From the human T2T-CHM13v2.0 reference genome, Homo sapiens: a stretch of 64,000 bases of DNA. The notes beneath the pieces were generated by a model. The model searched no databases. It was not told where the DNA came from and saw nothing but the letters and a program-made list of their open reading frames with translations. The stretch lies in NCBI RefSeq assembly GCF_009914755.1, contig NC_060935.1. One strand, 5' to 3'. The position numbers and the translations under genes were made by a program. Shown in pieces: positions 54,509 to 64,000 of the stretch (the stretch's first letter is position 1; each line of letters opens with the position of its first letter).

Positions 54509-56394
54509 AACCCTTCCTCATGGAGCTCATATTTTTATAGGGGGAGCACAACAATAAAATCAACAAAATGCAGTGTGTGCAGCAGGCAGCAGCAGTCGAG
54601 CTGGCCCTTGCAAGTTGGCCATCCCGCTAGCCGTGGCCGCCCCCACTCCTAGTGTCCCTCTGTTTACCCATGGCTGAAGGGCGGGGGCTGCTCTGCCCAT
54701 TGGCTTCCAGGCTCTGGCTGGACACACACTGCTAGATCTCGCTGGCTCCTGGGCTGGGGAGGGGCAGGTGCGTGGTGTCTAGCCCAGGAGTGGGTGGGAC
54801 CTGCTGCCAAACTCTGGGGCAATTAGCATGTTCCTAGATTCCTGTGGGCGAGGAGATGAGAAATCGTGATTTGTCAAGGCCGGTTGGGAGTGAAAGCCAA
54901 AGCCAGGAGGCCGCCTCTGAGTCTCCCGGGTTTCTGTAATTATAATTACTTGATTGGGCATAATAAGGTGCATCCGAATCTTCCCATTAGGAGGCCATAA
55001 AACAGCACTTGGGCTTTCATCTTGCCCAGCTGCTTACTGAAACCTCCCTCTTTTATCTTCAATGCCTTTAATTGACAGGTCTGAGCCCAGGGAGCTACTT
55101 CTGGAGATGCTGTGGTCTGGGGTGGATCCTGCCTTCTCAGCCCCTGCCTGTTGAAGTCACTGAAGTCTCTGCTGCATCTCCGGGCTTCTGCTGAGCAGGG
55201 CTGGAAGGTCTTGCTTGAGGAGCTGAAGCCCACCAGCAGGTGGGGTTTGCCACTCAGGTGTAGCTCATAGACCTTGAAAGGATGGTGCCTTGTGGCCCAT
55301 GTTCAGGAAGTCAGGTTGAGCACTGCTCAAGGGCACCTACATCTAAGGGTTATCATCAACATGGTAGACATGCTAATTTACATGAGCACACTGGACGGGA
55401 GATTGACTAGGCCTCCAGGCAGGTAGCTGGGGAGAGCACCCTTTGGCCTAAATTCACAGTGGCACTTGGGGGTGTGCACAAACTCTGCACACCTGTGTGC
55501 CTCTGTCCCATCTGCACTCCAACTGCTTGATACCCTTTAAGGCCTGATTCCAAGACCTCCAAGACTGAATCTGTCATGATTGCCTCACCTGGAGGGGCTG
55601 TGGGGGGTGGGGAGGGTGGCACTCAGTGTGTGTGTGCATGCTGCTGCCATGAGTGGGCCGTGGTGTGTGTGGACACAGCCAGGGCTGCTTATACTAACTT
55701 GACCTTTCTTATTTAACCTGAGGAAGGGACAACCTTTCCTAATTTGCACAAAAGTGCTGCATGGGCCAGCCAGGCTTTGCAGCTGCCATCTGCATGGTGA
55801 AGCCCCACCCTGGGTTTCCCTAGATAAACTTTCCATTCTCTAGTGGCCTGAACCTTGTTCCCAGGGTCAGCCTGCATGTGACCCTTAGTCTCTCCTGGCT
55901 GGGACTGGACACAGACCTGTGCCACCCCTGGGTGTCCCCTCTGGGTGTGCCCTGTGAACTAGCTACCTTCCCCTCAACCAGGAACACAGGCAAGTGGAGA
56001 ACTCAGCTGGGAAAACACTCTGACCCAGGCCTAGGGAGGCAGTGGGAGAATAAGCAGTTTGGCAATAGAAATACACATCCTTCAACATAGTGATTTCCCT
56101 CTAGGGAATCTGTGCTTAAGAGATCAAGGATGTGTGCCCAGATTTTGCCGAAAGGATGTTGGTTGCAGCATTGTGTTAGCAACCGTTGAAAATAAACCAA
56201 GTGTCCATCAAGGGAAGGAGTGACTGAGTCCCAAGCAGCCCTTTATGTTCCTAGAAATCTGCCCAGAAGTCAGAGGTTTGAAACTTATGTAATTTATTTT
56301 AAAAAACTGACAGTAACATTTAAAGTTATGAGAGATATTTATATCCCACCCCCCAAATTAAAAACATTATTAAATCACTAATTATTTTCCTCCC

Positions 56395-57545
<1,151 letters not shown>

Positions 57546-59093
57546 ATCACTGGATTGTGCCTAACTTTTTAGATGTAATCTTTAATATGTGTCTTAGTTT
57601 GTGTTTTCCCAAAAGTAACATCTAAAACAAAAATCTGATTGCAGGTAGTTTATTTTTGGGGTGATTCCAAGAAATGCTGATAGGGTAGAGGAGAGAGGAA
57701 AAAAAATAAGAAAAGGAAATAAAGAAAGCTATAATAAGCCGGGTGCAGTAGCTCATGCCTGTAATTCCAGCGCTTTGGGAGGCTGAGGCAGGAGGACTGC
57801 TTGAGCCCAGGAGTCTGGGGCTGCTGTGAGCCATGATCACGCCACTGCACTCCATCTGGGCAACAGAGTGAAACCCTGCCCCCCACCCCCCAAAAAAGAA
57901 AGGGAGCCAGTAAAAGATGACTTACTAAGCAAATTACCTTATTGACAATGTGGTCCTGCAGAGCACACACAGTAGGCCCCAGGGGCCAGGGGGAGTCCTG
58001 AGGCGAGTCCAGAGGCAGGCAGCTGAGGCCAGGCTTGAGTGCATAGAAATGGTGAATGTGGTGGAGGTGACAAGGTGGAGCACTGATAGCTAGAGACAAG
58101 TGTGTCTCTAGATTTTGTATGTTTTTCTTTAATCTTTTTTTTTTTCCTTAACAATTGGACCTACAGGTGGCAGACAAATCCAGAGGGTATTCATTGGAGG
58201 ATGAAGATTTCCTGCCTCTGGTATGCATGATTTCCTCTTTGTCACAATTTGATTTTCAAAGGCAGCAGCATTTCTACATTTCTATTTTCCGCTGGTTTTT
58301 ATAAAATAGTAAGAAGCCGGGCATGGTGGTGTGCACCTGTAGTCCCAGATATTTGGGAGGCTGAGGTGAGCAGATTGCTTGAGCCCAGGAGTTCAAGACC
58401 AGTTGGGTAACACAGCAAGACCCAGTCTCTCAAACAATAACTAGATAGTTAATAAGAAATATTATCTCCAAGTAAGTGCTCTAAGAAAAAACAATGGCTA
58501 AGACTTATGAACACATACCATAAGCCAGGTTTGCTTCATTCTAATGGCAATGCTCTGGGGTAAATATTACTGTTATTGCCATTTTACAGTTAAAGAAATG
58601 GAGGCCCAGGGAGGTTAAGTAATTAGCTCAAGGACACACAGCCATTAGATGACAGAGCCTGGCAGTCTAGCCCCAGAGTCCATGCTCTTAATCAGCCTGC
58701 CCTGCAATGGCCATGTGACTGTTTGATATGGTCCCTCAGCTGACTTTGGAAGCCTGAACATGGCATGTGAAAGAGCATTTAGGGGTGTCAGTAATAATGC
58801 ACAAAAATGTAGATTTTTTTGGTCCAATTTGAATATAACTACAGTGTGGTATAAAATGGTTTGTGGCAGGTAGAAACATTATGAACTCATTTGGGCTAGA
58901 AACATACCTTTCATATTTTCTATGACCTGAGATGAGTTTTTATTCTGAGACACACCTCACTGAATGAAGGAAATTAATCTCAATCCATGTGAGGGCTGCC
59001 TTGGCTTTTTCCCAGGGCCAAGGAGGGTGTTTAGTACCAACCATGCTGGGGTGGTGAGAGTGAGGTGGTGGAAGGGTGTCCACACTGAAAGGG

Positions 59094-59486
59094 CGATATG
59101 GTTTAGGTCTGTATCCCCACCCAAATTTCATATCAAATTGTAATCGCCAGTGTTGAAGGTAGGGCCTGGTGGGAGGTGACTGGATCATGGAGGTGGTTTC
59201 CAATGATTTAACACCATCCACCTGTGGCTGTCTTGTGATAGAGGTCTCTTGAGATTTGCTTATTTAAAAGTGCATAGCACCTCCCCTTTTCTCTTTCTCC
59301 TGCCGGCCATGTGAATATGTGCCTGCTTCCCCTTCCCCTTCTGCCATGATGGTAAGTGTGCTGAGGCCTCCCCAGAAGCAGAAGCCTGTACAGCCCATGG
59401 AACCGTGAGCTGATTAAGCCTCTTTTCTTAATAAGTTACACAGTTTCAGGAATGTCTTTACAGCAGTGTGAGAACGGACCAATACA
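59094..59486 (+). mobile_element. MST-type solo LTR
   Basis: CGATATGGTTTAGG...ACCAATACA; TSD degenerate. Confidence 0.88.
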
Positions 59487-60912
59487 GAGGACCTCCTTGC
59501 CGTTCATTACTGGGTCATGGTCCACACCTCCATCCTCACCCTGGCCTTGAGTCCTCTTTGGGCACACTGGCTCTGCAACAGAATTTCCATGCCCTGTTGG
59601 AATGCAGGGACATCACCCTAAGGCCACTGGCCGCGCTGAAAGGCCCAGCTGCCCTCTGCTTTCTGAAGTCACTCCCTACATCTCTGCGCCGCTGTGTGTC
59701 CCACCCCACAGGAAGAGATTCAACCTGGGAGAGGGAGGCAAGGGGAGGAGGCACCAAGTCTTTTATTTCTATTTTTGCTTCCAAGGGTGAAAAAAATGGC
59801 TCTGTCTAGAGACTGTATACCTCCACAGTTGGTGTATCAGCTATTCCAGATTCCTTTCCGTCCCCGCTATCCTAGTTGTCTATTGTTGCATGACAAACGC
59901 TGAAACTTAGTGGTATAAAACATACATATTATTTTGGTCCAGGCTTGCCAGATAAAATACTGCAAATCTTTTACCTGTAAATACTGTAAATATTTTATCT
60001 TCAAGCTTAAAAAATTAACTTCTATCTCTACTACACAGATAAAAATTTAAACTGAGTTAAACTTGAATTTCAGATAACGTATAATTTTTTAGTGTAAATA
60101 TGTCCCATGCAATCCCATGTAATATTTGAGAGCTACCTAGACTAAAAAATTATTCCTTGTTGATCTAAAATTCAAATGTAACTGAACATCCTGTAGTTCT
60201 ATTTGCTAACTCTAGCAACCCTATTTTGGTCGCAGCAGTGTGGGTCAAGAGTTTGGGAAGGGTTTGGAGAGAGCCGAGGGATCCACTTGGAAGGAGGCTT
60301 TTCATGCACGTGTCTGGGGTGCCAGGGGTGCTCCTTGGCCTCCTGCCCTTTCTTCACATGAGGTCTGATCTCTGGTGCTTCTCCACGCAGCTCAGGATTC
60401 TCACGGTGTGGCTGCTGCAGGGAAGTCAGATCACCTACGTGGAGGCCCAGGGGCCTGGCTCTGGAAACAGGAGGCAGAAGCTGCCAGTCTCTAGTCTTGG
60501 GCCTGGCAACTGGCATAGCATTACTTCCGCCCTATTCCATCGCTCAAGCAGTCACAGAACCCACCTGGCTTCAGCAGGAAGGGGCAAGGACCCCGCCTCC
60601 TAATGGGAGCAGTGGTGAAGAATTTACAGTCATCTTTAATCTGTCATACCCGCTGAGAAGAAATAGATTTTCTGCCACCTGAAAAGTTGAAAGTCACATG
60701 TGTTTTTCTCTTACATCATGGCTTTCCTGAGGTGATGGCAGCAGCTCAGTCCAGCTGCCGTCTGATTGGGCGAAGGGTCCTAGAAGAAGGAAATACAGGA
60801 GGGGAGGAATCTTGGCTATTTCAAAATGTCATTCCTTGCATTTATGCAACCAAGGAATCCACGAAGTCAAATCATACGTAACAATTCAAAAGATCTTCAG
60901 AAAGATCTTTTT

Positions 60913-61339
<427 letters not shown>

Positions 61340-61454
61340 TGATTCTAACACATTTTAATGTTTTCTGTTTGTGTGTTTTTTTGATATTTTATAACAAGAA
61401 TACATGTCTTTTTTATTTCAGGAGAAAAGAGATTATAAAACAAAAAGAAAATAC

Positions 61455-62401
<947 letters not shown>

Positions 62402-63256
62402 ACTGTCCTGTGGATTATTAACTAGTTGGCTCTTTATACAAATTCTATTGAGCACCTAGCACGTACCAATTACCAGTCTATTCACTGCAATAAGCAAGCC
62501 AGACAGGGTCCCTGTCCTCCTGGAGCTCATGGTCTGGAGAAGCACCTGGACTGTTCTTTGGTAGTGGCATCTGAATCCAGAGCTTCCTGAGTTTTGCTCC
62601 TAGAGGACCTTGTGCAGAGCTGCCTGCTGAGGGGGAACAGCCCAATGGCTTCCTAGCGCACTTGCCAAATACCTGCCTCCAAGCCGTCTGCTTCTTCCAT
62701 CAGGTCCTTGCTTTTGGATCCCAGAGACTTCATTTCCTGCCCTACTTTTCCTTCCAAGAGCTCAGTGGAGAGTTCTCTTCCTAAAAAAAGAGAAGCTTAC
62801 TTCTTCAGCAGTGTTATCTCTGGGTCTCAACCATAAGGCTGGAATTTTCCCACTCAGCCATGGAGTAGTGTTGCCCTTTCCATCTTCCTGAAGCCAGAGC
62901 ATGCCACATGTGGTAGAAGCCATTAGTAAGAGATGGGTAGCAGTCAAGGGCATGGCCCCAAGTCTGGACTCGTGGCTACTGGGGAGAAAGGGAAATTGAT
63001 GAAGCTCCTATAGTGTGACTGCTATTGTGTGCTACATTCACAGAATCCCCAACTGCCCTATGATGCAGACCAGGCTCTCCAAGGCTGGGTCCTGAGAAAT
63101 GGTACTTTCTTCAGATGTTAATAGATTCTGTGTGCAATTTTGGGAAATTCTATAGTTCTTTGTTCAGTGCCTTTAATAGCCTAATGTGCATGGTGAAACT
63201 CAAAGGGGGAGGTTATGACAGGCAGTCTCCCCCAAATTTATTTCACCCAAATGCCC

Positions 63257-63693
63257 CATACTAGATTGAATAGTGTCCCCCCAAAATTCAAGTCCACCCA
63301 CAACCTCGGAATGTGGCCTTATTTGGAGATAGTCTTTGCAGGCATAATTAATCAAGGTGATGCCACGCTGGAGTAGAGGGAGCCCTAACCCAATGACGGA
63401 TGTCCTTAGAAGACGAGAAAACAGAGACACATGGCGAAGAAGGCCATGTGATGAGAGGGTCAGAGACTGGAGAGATTCATCCACAAACCAAGGAACGTCA
63501 AGGGGTGCCGGAAACCCCCGAAGCTAAGAAGAAGCAAAAAAGGAGCTTTCCCCTCAGGGTTCAGAGGGAGCATGGCCTGGCTGACACCTCGATTTTGGAC
63601 ATCTAGCTCCAGAACTGTGAGAAAATAAATTTCTGTTGTTTTAAGTCACCTGGGTTGTGGTCATTTGTTACAGCATCCGCGGGGAACTAATAT
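63257..63693 (+). mobile_element. MLT1B/C-like LTR with poly(A) signal AATAAA at 63624-63629
   Basis: GAATAGTGTCCCCCCAAAATTC...GAACTGTGAGAAAATAAATTTCTGTTGTTTTAAG. Confidence 0.85.
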
Positions 63694-64000
63694 GACCCCT
63701 TTATACCTTGAATCCTATTAACCAGTGATACAGGTTACCACTTTGAAAATAGGCAATGTGGTTGTCCCCACTTTACAGATGGGGAAACTGAGATTCTTTG
63801 AGGATCAGTAGCTTTCCTCAGGCTCCACAGAGTGTGGCTTCCATAGCAGTGTCAGAGCTCACACCTGGGTCTCTGCGTCCGCAGTGTTTAACCCTCTCCC
63901 TGGTGCCACAGCTGCATCCTTCAGACCCGGGCTTTCGTGGTTTCTAGTGAGTCTCAGGTGTCTGTTTCCAAAGTCGTTGCTCCCCTTCCTGCCTGGCACC

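Overview
Human (primate) genomic DNA containing the 5' half of DKK3 (Dickkopf-3) on the minus strand. It includes the CpG-island promoter (~10.0-11.5 kb), a non-coding first exon and three coding exons (10452-10240, 4307-4170, 657-574; codons 1-145, all phase-0 GT-AG introns); the rest of the gene lies left of the window. The ~52 kb to the right is upstream intergenic DNA (11p15.3, toward MICAL2, from memory) made mostly of transposon fossils: three full-length THE1 (ERVL-MaLR) proviruses, four THE1/MST solo LTRs, ERV1-type and MLT1 LTRs, a ~6 kb L1, many Alus, and MIR/L2/MER fragments. The most striking observation is that all three full-length THE1 elements, each with its own 5-bp TSD, inserted into the same 53-bp homologous segment (the ORF2 CCHC zinc-knuckle codons) of three different L1 copies. 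Other notable items are signs of local sequence exchange among the THE1s, DUX4 motifs in their LTRs, a self-templated ~295-bp duplication inside L1 ORF2, a ~205-bp duplicated intronic module in DKK3, a divergent CTCF motif pair, and a candidate spliced plus-strand lncRNA. Repeat subfamily names come from recalled consensus sequences, and repeat boundaries without TSDs are approximate.
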